Shown piece by piece: positions 48,083 through 57,611 of a stretch of 64,000 bases of DNA. Within the stretch, counting starts at the first letter, position 1, and the number at the start of each line of letters is the position of its first letter. The notes under the pieces were generated by a model. It was not told the DNA's origin and made no database searches. It was given only the letters and a program-made list of their open reading frames with translations. The stretch is from the NCBI GenBank assembly GCA_017626395.1, contig JAGAIU010000069.1, positions 34,015-98,014 of the forward strand. The letters are read 5' to 3'. Origin of the DNA: Clostridia bacterium (GTDB taxonomy: Bacteria > Bacillota > Clostridia > TANB77 > CAG-465). Made by a program: the position numbers and the translations under genes.

Positions 48083-48119
48083 AAGAAGACTTGCATTTTG
48101 CAAGTCTTCTTTCTTTTTT
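48083..48119 (+). terminator. intrinsic terminator
   Basis: AAGAAGACTTGC / GCAAGTCTTCTT stem plus T-run. Confidence 0.8.
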
Positions 48120-48196
48120 AGACATCTTTTCAAAATTGACTTTAAAACATCTTTATGATATTATAATATAGTAATTATAAAAAGGAGTTTAACTAT

Positions 48197-48931
48197 ATGT
48201 ATAAGAGAAATGATAGAGAATTAGTAGATATTGGAATAAAAAATATAAATGAAGATTTTACACAAGAAATAAAAGATAGAATGAAAATAATTATATTAGT
48301 AGAACACTCAAAAAGTTCTGCTAAACCATATACATTTTTAAAATATGCTAATAAAAAATTTGAAAAAAGAGGAGATAAATATATTGTGGCACTTGCACAA
48401 GAAGAATTTATTGATGTAGTGAATACAAGCCCTAAAGATGTAATCGATATATTAAGAAGGGATATGGAAAAACATTATAAAGCTTTTAAAGAAAAATATC
48501 CTGATGCTATAATGGAGAAAGCATATACTTTTAATTATGCATTAGATTATAGTGAAAAAAGCAAAAAAGCAGAACTTTTCTCGGTTGCACTAGTACGTAT
48601 TTCTAATACTTTTGTAAAATCTCAGATTTCACCAATTGTACCATTAACAGAAGATCAGTATTTAAAAATTATTGGTAAGAAAAACGACGAGGAAGAAGGA
48701 AAACTTCTTAATGATATAATTAATGAAAGAGTAATGGGAATAGAACTATTTGGAATAGTTGGATATTTAACAAATGGAAAAATAAAAACTGGAAATTTAT
48801 ATATGGAAAATTTATTAGATATTTTTCCAGAATATGAAAATGTGATAGGTACAAGAGGAAAACTTTTGAAATATCCAAAATTTAGATCTAGATTAAAGGA
48901 TTATTTAAAATCTTTAAAACCAGTTGGATAA
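48197..48931 (+). CDS. hypothetical protein
   Basis: 244-aa ORF, RBS AAAGGAG. No motif recognised. Confidence 0.55.
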   Translation: MYKRNDRELVDIGIKNINEDFTQEIKDRMKIIILVEHSKSSAKPYTFLKYANKKFEKRGDKYIVALAQEEFIDVVNTSPKDVIDILRRDMEKHYKAFKEKYPDAIMEKAYTFNYALDYSEKSKKAELFSVALVRISNTFVKSQISPIVPLTEDQYLKIIGKKNDEEEGKLLNDIINERVMGIELFGIVGYLTNGKIKTGNLYMENLLDIFPEYENVIGTRGKLLKYPKFRSRLKDYLKSLKPVG

Positions 48932-49126
48932 AAAAATATTATATTTCTATTTAAGGACAAAATAAAAGAGTGAACAATTAAGTTTGTTCACTCTTTTATT
49001 GTAGAATTTATTACATATACATAAGAATACTCATTATAAATACAGCAACACTAAAAAGTAATGATATTGAAAATGCAACAATTGCAGTAATTCCACACGC
49101 TTTAGCTTTTCTAGGTGTTTCTTTAG

Positions 49127-49267
49127 ATTTTATTCGCCATATTGTATGGTAAAAGTCAAAATCCTGGCATTGTTACTTTGAAAATGCTTTGTGATGGATT
49201 GAATATATCATTACTGGACTTTTTTAATACAGATGAGTTTAAAAAACTTGAACAAGAAATAAAATAG
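49127..49267 (+). pseudogene. C-terminal remnant of an XRE-family HTH gene
   Basis: Open frame ...YGKSQNPGIVTLKMLCDGLNISLLDFFNTDEFKKLEQEIK* matches the second half of an XRE HTH. It has no start codon and no N-terminal helices. Confidence 0.45.
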
Positions 49268-49351
49268 GAAAAATTGTATTCTTATAAATAAAAAGCAATA
49301 TATTATTATAATGAAATCCACGGTAATTTACCGTGGATTTTAAGATATGAT

Positions 49352-50245
49352 TTATTTTTTATCTATTTTAACTATATTTACTGCACCTGGTAAAACTTCA
49401 CCTCTAACACGAGTAGTAAATATTACTTCACCATCTATACTAAGAGGAAATAGTTTATTTGATACTATAGAAATAGTTTGTATGTCATTGTTTATATATG
49501 CAGGTTTTAAATCTAAATGCTCACAGTTCTTATATTTAGGTAATAGTATTAATTTAGTAATAAGATTTGTTGCTGTAACTTTGCAAATGCTAAGCTTTCC
49601 ATCATCTGCACGAGCTTCAGGAGAAGGTACAACACCTCCACCATAATATTTACCATTAGAAACTGCAACTAATGTATATTTAGATTTTTCTTCGAATTCA
49701 TTTGTTTTTATTTTTAAATGATAATTTCTATTTGTAAATAGTGTATATACAATAGATAAGTTATATTTTGCAGTACCAGATATGAAAGGAATCCATCTAA
49801 AATGTTTTAAATTATATGCGACTAAAGCATCAAATCCGGCATTTAAAACGTTAATAGAATATCTATTGTTATTTAATTTAATAATGTCAAATTTAGAGCT
49901 TTCTGATTTTATAGAAGTTAGTACTATTTTTCTTAAAGAACGATAATGATTTATGTGTCTAGAAAAATCATTTCCTGTTCCACAAGGAAGAACAACAACT
50001 TCTGAACTAGTATTTACGATACCAGATACAATTTCATTTAAAGTACCATCTCCGCCGATGCAATAAAATCTAGTTTTAGCTCTTTTAGCTTTTTTACGAG
50101 ATATTTCTGTAAGTTCACCTGCATATTTAGAACAGAAAATCTCAGATTCGATACCATTTTTCTTTAATAGCTTTTGAACAATTACAGCATTTTGATATCC
50201 TTTTTTTCTACCAGATACTGGGTTTGCCATTATAATATGTTTCAT
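49352..50245 (-). CDS. diacylglycerol/lipid kinase (DagK/YegS family)
   Basis: 297 aa. CIGGDGTLNEIVSG and PCGTGNDF motifs. Confidence 0.85.
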   Translation of the reverse strand: MKHIIMANPVSGRKKGYQNAVIVQKLLKKNGIESEIFCSKYAGELTEISRKKAKRAKTRFYCIGGDGTLNEIVSGIVNTSSEVVVLPCGTGNDFSRHINHYRSLRKIVLTSIKSESSKFDIIKLNNNRYSINVLNAGFDALVAYNLKHFRWIPFISGTAKYNLSIVYTLFTNRNYHLKIKTNEFEEKSKYTLVAVSNGKYYGGGVVPSPEARADDGKLSICKVTATNLITKLILLPKYKNCEHLDLKPAYINNDIQTISIVSNKLFPLSIDGEVIFTTRVRGEVLPGAVNIVKIDKK

Positions 50246-50357
50246 AACATCACATCCACTTAAATTATACCATTTTTATGTAGAATTAACAAGTATAACA
50301 AATTGACTTTAGATATAGCAAATGATATAATCTTTTAAGTAAAGGAGAGAGTAATAT

Positions 50358-50870
50358 ATGTCATATGATAGAATAGATAAAATAAATTATTATTTAGAAA
50401 TAGCAGATACAGTTCTAAAAAGAGGAACTTGTATTAGAAGAAATTACGGGGCAGTAATAGTTAAAAATGATGAAATAATTTCAACAGGATATACAGGAGC
50501 ACCAAGAGGTAGAACAAATTGTATTAATCTTGGATATTGTGCTCGTCAAAAACTTAATATAAAAAGTGGAGAAAAATATGAGCTTTGTAGATCTGTTCAT
50601 GCAGAACAAAATGCAATAATCTCTGCTGCAAGAAAAGATACAATAGGTGCAACTATGTATATGGTTGGAAGAGATGCACAAACAAAAGAACTTGTAGATT
50701 ACATAGATTCTTGTAGTATGTGTAAAAGAGTAGTTATTAATGCAGGAATTGAAAAAGTTATAGTTAAAGATAAAAATGCAGAATGTGGTTACAGAATTAT
50801 GAACGTTCAAGATTGGATAGACTATGACGAAGTTCTAGAAGAAAAAGTAAAAAGAATAGTGGAGGAATAA
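50358..50870 (+). CDS. dCMP deaminase (ComEB-like cytidine/deoxycytidylate deaminase)
   Basis: HAEQNAI and CSMCKRVV zinc-binding motifs. Confidence 0.85.
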   Translation: MSYDRIDKINYYLEIADTVLKRGTCIRRNYGAVIVKNDEIISTGYTGAPRGRTNCINLGYCARQKLNIKSGEKYELCRSVHAEQNAIISAARKDTIGATMYMVGRDAQTKELVDYIDSCSMCKRVVINAGIEKVIVKDKNAECGYRIMNVQDWIDYDEVLEEKVKRIVEE

Positions 50871-50871
50871 A

Positions 50872-51378
50872 ATGGCTTTAAATATAGTATTAGTAGAACC
50901 AGAAATAGCAGTAAATGCAGGAAATATAGCAAGAACATGTGCAGCAATAGGTGCAACACTTCATATGGTAAAACCATTTGGATTTGATACATCAGATGCT
51001 GCTGTAAAGAAAAACATGAAAAGAGCAGGACTGGATTATTGGGATAAAGTGACAATAATAGAATATGAAAATTTAGAAGAGTTTAAAGAAAAAACAAAAG
51101 GTAAAAAGATATATCTTTTATCTACTAAATCTAAAAAATGTTATACAGATGTTAAATATGAAGATGATGCATATTTAGTATTTGGTCCTGAGACAAGAGG
51201 ATTACCAGAAGATTATATACTAGAAAATTTTGAAAATGCTGCAAGAATACCGATGAGAGATATAATTCGTTCTTTAAATCTATCTAATGCAGTAGCAATT
51301 GTAGCATATGAAGCAGAAAGACAACTACACTATAAAAACTTGTTAGAAGAGAGTCCATATTTTGATGAAAAAATATAA
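50872..51378 (+). CDS. trmL: tRNA (cytidine/uridine-2'-O)-methyltransferase TrmL (SpoU family)
   Basis: 168 aa. LVEPEIAVNAGNIARTCAA, and LNLSNAVAIVAYE trefoil-knot C-terminus. Confidence 0.85.
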   Translation: MALNIVLVEPEIAVNAGNIARTCAAIGATLHMVKPFGFDTSDAAVKKNMKRAGLDYWDKVTIIEYENLEEFKEKTKGKKIYLLSTKSKKCYTDVKYEDDAYLVFGPETRGLPEDYILENFENAARIPMRDIIRSLNLSNAVAIVAYEAERQLHYKNLLEESPYFDEKI

Positions 51379-51386
51379 AATAAATG

Positions 51387-51415
51387 TTGACAAGTAAAAA
51401 TTAATAGTGTATAAT
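51387..51415 (+). promoter_or_regulatory. sigma-A promoter of tRNA-Met
   Basis: TTGACA (51387-51392), 17 nt, TATAAT (51410-51415). Confidence 0.65.
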
Positions 51416-51460
51416 AATACACGTAGCTTGAAGCTAAATAATGGCTTCTAAGTTACAAAT

Positions 51461-51537
51461 GGCGGCATAGCTTAGTTGGCTAGAGCGTTCGGTTCATACC
51501 CGAAAGGTCATAGGTTCGACTCCTATTGCCGCTACCA
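51461..51537 (+). tRNA. tRNA-Met (elongator, anticodon CAT)
   Basis: GGCGGCATAGCTTAGTTGGCTAGAGCGTTCGGTTCATACCCGAAAGGTCATAGGTTCGACTCCTATTGCCGCTACCA. Cloverleaf fold, closely resembles Bacillus elongator tRNA-Met. CCA is encoded. Confidence 0.85.
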
Positions 51538-51543
51538 TAAATT

Positions 51544-51577
51544 AAAAGACTGGAAGAAAATTCCAGTCTTTTTTTAT
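51544..51577. terminator. bidirectional terminator
   Basis: AAAGACTGGAA / TTCCAGTCTTT stem plus T-run. Confidence 0.8.
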
Positions 51578-51580
51578 TTA

Positions 51581-52324
51581 TTATATATCTATAAAACCTG
51601 AACGACTCCATAACCAAAGTGGAGTATGAATATCTATTGGTGAAAATTTAGTTCCTTTTAAAAGTTTATTCCAATTTTCTATACATATAAGTTGAGCATT
51701 AGAACTTTCGTATTCAGATTCAGTTATAATATCAAGTTTTACACTAGACTTTAAAACATGTGTATCTGGTGCAATAGTTAAATCTTGTTTATTTAGATAG
51801 TCCATATCTGTATATTGATATATAACATACATCCAGTAGTTACATAGTTTGTTACCAGAAAGATATGGAAATTCTTTTTTATGTTCAATTTGAATAAAGT
51901 TTCGTATTTTATTTACATCGTTATCACAAATTTTAAATATATTTCTAATATCTCCAGAAAGTAGATTTTCAATAGTATTACATAGAGTTATCCATATTTG
52001 TGTTTGTTTATCTTTTTGTAAAGCTACCCTATATTTAACAAGAGCTTTTTGTACATCCTCAAAAGAAGATGAAAGAACTTTTTTAGTATCAAAAACAAAT
52101 CTTGTCTCTGGATCATTATATGTTAAATTGGCACTTTCCCATAGTTTATATGAATTTCTTTGATAGTTTAAAGCCATTGGTAAAGTGAAGTAGGTATAGT
52201 TTTCAAGTGAATCTTTAGAAAAGCCTGGATTTTCGTCTTCTGGCATAATTTCGCCACCAAGTTTTCCATTTATATATGCATTATATAATTTTTCTATCAT
52301 TATTAATCTATCTCGTTTAGTCAT
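51581..52324 (-). CDS. hypothetical protein
   Basis: 247-aa ORF with RBS AAGGAG. No motif confidently recognised. Confidence 0.55.
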   Translation of the reverse strand: MTKRDRLIMIEKLYNAYINGKLGGEIMPEDENPGFSKDSLENYTYFTLPMALNYQRNSYKLWESANLTYNDPETRFVFDTKKVLSSSFEDVQKALVKYRVALQKDKQTQIWITLCNTIENLLSGDIRNIFKICDNDVNKIRNFIQIEHKKEFPYLSGNKLCNYWMYVIYQYTDMDYLNKQDLTIAPDTHVLKSSVKLDIITESEYESSNAQLICIENWNKLLKGTKFSPIDIHTPLWLWSRSGFIDI

Positions 52325-52382
52325 AATTAACTCCTTTTTTCGAGATTATATCATAAAAAGAGAATAAAAAAAAGAATGCATG

Positions 52383-52757
52383 TTATTTTGCATTCTTTAT
52401 ACATTCAGGGCATATGCCATGAAACTCTAATGTATGACTTGTAATATTAAATCCTGTTTCTCTTTTAATCTTTCTTGCAATTTTATCTAAATTACACATT
52501 TCAGTAGAGAAGGCACCGCTACATTTATCACAAATAAGATAATGTTTAGGATTTTCTTCATTTGCGAGTTCATAATATGCGATTTTATCTTGACGAACAA
52601 CTTTTGTAACTAAGTTTTTATCTACTAAGTTATTTAGTGTTCTATATACTGTTGAAAGATTAACATCAATATTTTGTGAAACATCATTATAGATTTCCTC
52701 GGCAGTTAATGAATTTGGCGAATTTTTTATTACATCAAATATAAAGTCTTTTTTCAA
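52383..52757 (-). CDS. Fur-family metalloregulator (Zur/PerR-like)
   Basis: 124 aa. wHTH (LSTVYRTLNNL), CDKC ... CPEC zinc site. Confidence 0.8.
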   Translation of the reverse strand: MKKDFIFDVIKNSPNSLTAEEIYNDVSQNIDVNLSTVYRTLNNLVDKNLVTKVVRQDKIAYYELANEENPKHYLICDKCSGAFSTEMCNLDKIARKIKRETGFNITSHTLEFHGICPECIKNAK

Positions 52758-52759
52758 GG

Positions 52760-53644
52760 TTATATTAACCTCATAACTAAATCTATTAATATTCCACAGA
52801 ATACTCCAATAATATATACAAGTCCTAATATTGTCATATTTTCTTTTAAATTTTTATTTGTTTTTAATAGTATTATACTTCCGACACCAGCACCAGTAGA
52901 TAATCCAGAGATTATAGCTCCTAAGCTAATTGATCCTTCTACATATAGTCTAGATAGTAGAACAGAAGAGAAGCAGTTAGGAATTAATCCGATTATACTA
53001 GTAACAAATGGTTGAAGAATTGAGCCAGAAAGAATAAATCTTTCAAATGTTTCTTCACCAATTATCTCAATAAGTAGAGTAAGTGCAAAAGAAATTACTA
53101 GTAGAAACATAAAAGTACTTAATGTATGACGTAGGCTAGATTTAACTATACCGTGTTCACAATCACAATCTTTGCATGTTTCATCGATATGTTTGTGCAT
53201 ATCTTCAGTTTTTTCTTTATCTGAAGCTTTTTTGCTAAATATCATATCTATAATAGTACCAAATACAACAGCTATTATAAATTTAGCAATTAATATAAAT
53301 ATTAAATCCTTAGATTTTTCTGGGTGAGCAAGTAACATAGGAATTGCTTCATCAGATGTAGCTAAAAATACAGCTACAAGTGTTCCTATAGTAATAACCC
53401 TATTAGAAAATAGAGTTGCTGCAATAGCAGAAAAACCACATTGTGGTATTATTCCAAGGATTGCTCCAGCTACTTTACTATATTTACCGGAAGTAGATAA
53501 TGCTTTTTCTAATTTTTGAGAAGCTTTATGCTCTATATACTCTATCAATAGATAAGATAGAAATAATAAAGGTAGAACCTTTAGAGCATCTACAAATGCA
53601 TGCGAAAAAGCATGTACAAGCAGCTCAGCAATTTTCTCTAACAT
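52760..53644 (-). CDS. putative metal-ion transporter (ArsP_2/DUF2899-like permease)
   Basis: 294 aa, multi-TM with a His/Cys-rich loop MHKHIDETCKDCDCEHG. Cotranscribed with the Fur-family gene across a 2-nt gap. Confidence 0.55.
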   Translation of the reverse strand: MLEKIAELLVHAFSHAFVDALKVLPLLFLSYLLIEYIEHKASQKLEKALSTSGKYSKVAGAILGIIPQCGFSAIAATLFSNRVITIGTLVAVFLATSDEAIPMLLAHPEKSKDLIFILIAKFIIAVVFGTIIDMIFSKKASDKEKTEDMHKHIDETCKDCDCEHGIVKSSLRHTLSTFMFLLVISFALTLLIEIIGEETFERFILSGSILQPFVTSIIGLIPNCFSSVLLSRLYVEGSISLGAIISGLSTGAGVGSIILLKTNKNLKENMTILGLVYIIGVFCGILIDLVMRLI

Positions 53645-53664
53645 TTCATCCTCCTAAAAAAATA

Positions 53665-53679
53665 CGCAAATCATTTGCG
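53665..53679. promoter_or_regulatory. 7-1-7 palindrome, candidate Fur-family (Zur-like) box
   Basis: CGCAAAT-C-ATTTGCG lies between the minus-strand -10 and the transporter RBS. Confidence 0.5.
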
Positions 53680-53687
53680 AGTACACT

Positions 53688-53716
53688 ATTATATAATTTG
53701 TAGAGCGATTTGTCAA
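53688..53716 (-). promoter_or_regulatory. sigma-A promoter of the transporter/Fur operon
   Basis: On the minus strand: TTGACA (53711-53716), 17 nt, TATAAT (53688-53693). Confidence 0.55.
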
Positions 53717-53822
53717 TATATATACGTAAAATAATTGAAAGTTTACAAAAAAATATTAAAAAAAGATATGAAATTAGGATTAAAAGTGAAAATAATAAAA
53801 CAAAAACTAATAATTTAGTCAA

Positions 53823-53852
53823 TTGACAAAATATAATACTAAATAGTATAAT
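53823..53852 (+). promoter_or_regulatory. sigma-A promoter of the acyl-CoA ligase gene
   Basis: TTGACA (53823-53828), 18 nt, TATAAT (53847-53852). The palindrome GTCAATTGAC (53819-53828) overlaps the -35. Confidence 0.5.
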
Positions 53853-53880
53853 ATACACGATAAAAGAGAGGGGAATATTT

Positions 53881-55764
53881 ATGAGAAGTTTAAGAGATTT
53901 TAAAGTGCCAGACTTTAAATTTCCAAAATTTAAATTACTTAATTTCGAAAAAATTGAAGACTTCATAGATGAAGTTAAAAAGAAAGGAAAAACAAAAGAA
54001 TACAAACAAGGTGATCCTATACCAGAGCCACTAAGATATAATACAATGCAAGAAGTATTTAATGTAGTTACAGAAAAATACAAAGACAATGTATTAGTTA
54101 CAGAAAAATTTAATCATAAAGGACAATATGAAGAAATTACATATGGACAATTTAGGGAAGATGTAATTGGCCTTGGAACAGGTCTTATTGAATATTTAGG
54201 ATTAAAAGATAAAAGAGTAGTTATTATTAGTGAAACTACATATAACTGGTATGTATCATACATGGCAATGTTATGTGGTGTTGGTATTGCTGTACCAATG
54301 GATAAAGAATTACCTGCAAACGAACTTGAAAATTTAGTTAAAAGATCTAAAGCTTCAGCTATTATTTTCTCATCAAGAAAAAAAGAGCTAGTTGAAAAAG
54401 TTAGACCTAATTTACCAGATGTTGAATACTTTATTGAAATGTATTCAGATGCAGATTTAAATGGTAAAGATGTAGGGTTCAATACAGTTAAAAATATAGG
54501 TAAAAAATTACATGAGAATGGAAATAATTCATTACTTGATACTAAAATAGATAAAGAAGAGTTTAAAGTATTAATATTTACATCTGGAACAACATCTGCA
54601 TCTAAAGGTGTTATGCTATGTAATAGAAACTTAACTGAAAATTTATATGCAGTAGGATGCTATGTTAATATTTCTGAAAAGGATAGATTATTCTCAGTAT
54701 TACCATTACATCATACATATGAATCAACAATAGGCTTTTTATATCCATTTTCAATTGGTGCATCTGTTGCTGTATGTGAAGGATTAAAATATATAGTTCC
54801 AAACTTAAAAGAAACTAAGCCTACAGCATTACTTGCAGTACCACTACTTGTTGAAAGTTTATACAAAAAGATAAACTTAAATATTAAAAAATCTGGTAAA
54901 GAACCATTAGTAAATACAATGATACATGTTACTAATGCATTAAAAATGGTTGGCATAGATGTAAAAAGAAAAGTATTTGCTGAGATATTAGAAAATTTAG
55001 GTGGAAACTTAAAATATGTTGTATCTGCTGCTGCTCCTATTGACGGAAAAGTTGGTAAATGGGTTGAAGATATAGGTATGGAATTCTATCAAGGATATGG
55101 ACTTACTGAAACTGCACCAATTGCAGCTCTTACTCCACAATCAGATAGAAGAGTAGGCTCTGTTGGTAAAGCTGTAGCTTGTGGTGAAATAAAAATAGAT
55201 ACTCCAAATGAAGATGGTGAAGGTGAAATATTAATTAAGAGTACAACTTTAATGCTTGGATACTATGAAAATGAAGAAGCAACAAATGAAGTTATTAAAG
55301 ATGGTTGGTTCCATAGTGGAGATATAGGATATATGGATAAAGATGGATTCTTATACATTACAGGTAGAAGTAAAAACGTTATAGTAACTGCTAACGGTAA
55401 AAATATATATCCAGAAGAAATAGAATTATTACTAAGTAAAGTTCCACTAATTTCTGAATGCATGGTATATGGTAAAGGTGAAAATGAAGACTTAACAATT
55501 GCTGTTAAAGTTATACCAAATTATGAATATATTAAAGAAAATGTAAAAGCTGATGCTACAGAAGAAGATATATACAATATGATTTGGGATGAAATAAAAA
55601 CAATAAATCATTCTTTAACTTCATATAAAGCAATTAAATTACTTGAAATTAAAAAAGATGAATTTGAAAAAACTACAACAATGAAAATTAAAAGATTTGC
55701 TGAATTAAAGAAGGATAAAGAAAAAGAAGAAGCTGAAAAAGCTAAAAAAGAAGAGAAGAAATAA
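53881..55764 (+). CDS. long-chain-fatty-acid--CoA ligase (AMP-binding enzyme family)
   Basis: 627 aa. AMP-binding motifs FTSGTTSASKGV, YGLTET, GWFHSGDIG. Lys/Glu-rich tail. Confidence 0.85.
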   Translation: MRSLRDFKVPDFKFPKFKLLNFEKIEDFIDEVKKKGKTKEYKQGDPIPEPLRYNTMQEVFNVVTEKYKDNVLVTEKFNHKGQYEEITYGQFREDVIGLGTGLIEYLGLKDKRVVIISETTYNWYVSYMAMLCGVGIAVPMDKELPANELENLVKRSKASAIIFSSRKKELVEKVRPNLPDVEYFIEMYSDADLNGKDVGFNTVKNIGKKLHENGNNSLLDTKIDKEEFKVLIFTSGTTSASKGVMLCNRNLTENLYAVGCYVNISEKDRLFSVLPLHHTYESTIGFLYPFSIGASVAVCEGLKYIVPNLKETKPTALLAVPLLVESLYKKINLNIKKSGKEPLVNTMIHVTNALKMVGIDVKRKVFAEILENLGGNLKYVVSAAAPIDGKVGKWVEDIGMEFYQGYGLTETAPIAALTPQSDRRVGSVGKAVACGEIKIDTPNEDGEGEILIKSTTLMLGYYENEEATNEVIKDGWFHSGDIGYMDKDGFLYITGRSKNVIVTANGKNIYPEEIELLLSKVPLISECMVYGKGENEDLTIAVKVIPNYEYIKENVKADATEEDIYNMIWDEIKTINHSLTSYKAIKLLEIKKDEFEKTTTMKIKRFAELKKDKEKEEAEKAKKEEKK

Positions 55765-55787
55765 TATATGAAATTAAGGTGAATTAA

Positions 55788-56240
55788 ATGAAAAAAATAT
55801 ATATAATTTTCTTTATTATATTTAGTATGTGTTTAATATCATTTATTTTTATCAATAAAAACATAAAAATAAAAAAAGAAGAACTGCTTAAAAGCGAGAC
55901 AGAACAATTTGAAGTTATAAAAAAAATAATAAGTGATAGATTTAAAAATTTTAATGAGTATAATATTATATTAGATAAATCTATGTATTATAATTTTGTA
56001 ACAGGTATTGAATATTCAAATGTCATAAAAGAAAAACTTGATAATTTGGAAAAAAAATATGTAGGAAGTCACTTAACATATATTATATCTATAAAATATA
56101 ATAATTTAAATAATTGTTTAACTATCACAAACGAAATAAAAGAATTAAATGAAAAACATGTACAAAAATATTATTTAAATGTTGAAAATGATATTATAAA
56201 ATATACTAAAAATAATTTTTCATATAGTGAATACACTTAG
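55788..56240 (+). CDS. membrane-anchored hypothetical protein
   Basis: 150 aa, N-terminal TM, RBS AAGGTG. Starts 23 nt after the ligase stop. Confidence 0.5.
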   Translation: MKKIYIIFFIIFSMCLISFIFINKNIKIKKEELLKSETEQFEVIKKIISDRFKNFNEYNIILDKSMYYNFVTGIEYSNVIKEKLDNLEKKYVGSHLTYIISIKYNNLNNCLTITNEIKELNEKHVQKYYLNVENDIIKYTKNNFSYSEYT

Positions 56241-56295
56241 AAAAGAACGTAAATTTAAAAGCAAACTGGTCAATAAAAAGTAGACATTTTTTAAT

Positions 56296-56340
56296 AAAGT
56301 CCCTACTTGAGTATAAAACTCAATTTGGGACTTTATATTT
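56296..56340. terminator. compound hairpin terminator
   Basis: AAAGTCCC-tac-TTGAGT-ataaa-ACTCAA-ttt-GGGACTTT. Confidence 0.6.
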
Positions 56341-56588
56341 TAAAGCATAACTTAGTCTATATTCATTATTATCTTTTACGATATTTTTTTATAAATTTTT
56401 CAACTGTGTTATAATTACTTATATTAAAATTAATATACATTTCCTTCTTAAGCCATCCATTTTTAGACTCTTTTACTGGATTTTCTGTTGGTGCTCCAAC
56501 TATGGACATAAATCTTATTATATATGATATATACCCATAGATTAATGACAATATCAACAAATTTATTCAACTCATGTCGATAAAAGAA

Positions 56589-56619
56589 GAAAAGTGTACT
56601 AAATGTACACTTTTCTTTA
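56589..56619. terminator. hairpin, member of a family of three related terminators
   Basis: GAAAAGTGTAC / GTACACTTTTC. Related hairpins are at 58328-58356 and 60086-60116. Confidence 0.6.
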
Positions 56620-56707
56620 TTGTTACATTATAACATATAATATACGTTTGTCAATAATCTAAAAGTGTCGAATTTTATTATAAAATACAACACTTTTAGA
56701 TAGATAT

Positions 56708-57280
56708 TTAATATAATTCTTGTAGCGTATTTAAATCTGTATAATGAATTGCTGTAGCACCAGTGTAATATCTAAACATAACAGAAGTTCTATATGCAGA
56801 GTCTCTTAATCCTAAAACATGACCTAATTCGTGCATAAGAACAGATTTTAGATAATAGGTTCCTGATGTTGTAGAACCATTATTATATGTGTAATTTGAG
56901 TTAATATATACTTTCGCATCTATTGCCACCTTGTTTCCTTCTTCATCTACATTAGCAACTCTAATTGTCTTACCAACGGTATCGATAGAAGATTTTGAAA
57001 CACTCACCACTCCCACTGGTTTGAATTCTGCATCATATACGGTTCCTTTATATACAAATAATGTACCAAGTCCTACTGAATTCCATTCATTAATAGCTTC
57101 TTGTAATTGTGAAATTTCCCAACTTGAAAATTTAGAAGAAACAACGATACTAATTGGAATACTGTAATATCCATATGGGTCTTCATCTTCTATACTAGTA
57201 GCATTAACGTTTGTTGCAAAAATAAAACTAAATAAGATTATTATAATTAAAAATAATGATATTTTTGTCTTCATAGACAT
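56708..57280 (-). CDS. small secreted metzincin-like zinc metalloprotease (HExxHxxGxxD variant)
   Basis: Signal peptide MSMKTKISLFLIIIILFSFIFATNVNA. HELGHVLGLRD with Asp in place of the third His. Met-turn-like SVMF. Confidence 0.7.
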   Translation of the reverse strand: MSMKTKISLFLIIIILFSFIFATNVNATSIEDEDPYGYYSIPISIVVSSKFSSWEISQLQEAINEWNSVGLGTLFVYKGTVYDAEFKPVGVVSVSKSSIDTVGKTIRVANVDEEGNKVAIDAKVYINSNYTYNNGSTTSGTYYLKSVLMHELGHVLGLRDSAYRTSVMFRYYTGATAIHYTDLNTLQELY

Positions 57281-57410
57281 TTCCTCCTTTAAATTATTAA
57301 ATTTGTAAAATATCCAAAGTGCTTTTTTAAAATTGCTTTAGATGTAAAAAATATTCACTCCTTTCTAAATATTATTAAATATTTATTTGAAAAAACTTTG
57401 ATGTGGAAAA

Positions 57411-57440
57411 ATTATAACATAATCCTATAAAAAATGTCAA
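57411..57440 (-). promoter_or_regulatory. sigma-A promoter of the metzincin gene
   Basis: On the minus strand: TTGACA (57435-57440), 18 nt, TATAAT (57411-57416), preceded by TG. Confidence 0.55.
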
Positions 57441-57611
57441 CTTTTTACGTTGAAAACGCTGCAATTTCAATGTTTTTTTGAAATAATCTCAATATATTAA
57501 TAAATATACAGGATGAGAAATTTACGTATATTTTAAAATAGAAATAATTAGAAATTTTTTTAGATTAAATTTTAAATACTTTAATAAATAAAGTTAATTA
57601 TTAAAAAATGA

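Noticed and set aside
53819-53828. GTCAATTGAC palindrome overlapping the ligase -35 as a fatty-acid regulator operator
   Set aside because: It is only 10 bp in AT-rich DNA, and no cognate regulator gene lies adjacent. It is noted in the promoter feature but is too weak to claim as an operator.
53646-54089. 147-aa minus-strand ORF across the divergent promoter region
   Set aside because: It overlaps the start of the acyl-CoA ligase gene and both promoters, has no RBS, and translates to low-complexity hydrophobic sequence. It is treated as spurious.
56369-56560. 63-aa minus-strand ORF in islet A, considered as a recombinase or transposase remnant
   Set aside because: No promoter or RBS is present, and no catalytic motif of tyrosine/serine recombinases or DDE transposases can be recognised in MLILSLIYGYISYIIRFMSIVGAPTENPVKESKNGWLKKE.... 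It is left unannotated, though it may be gene debris.
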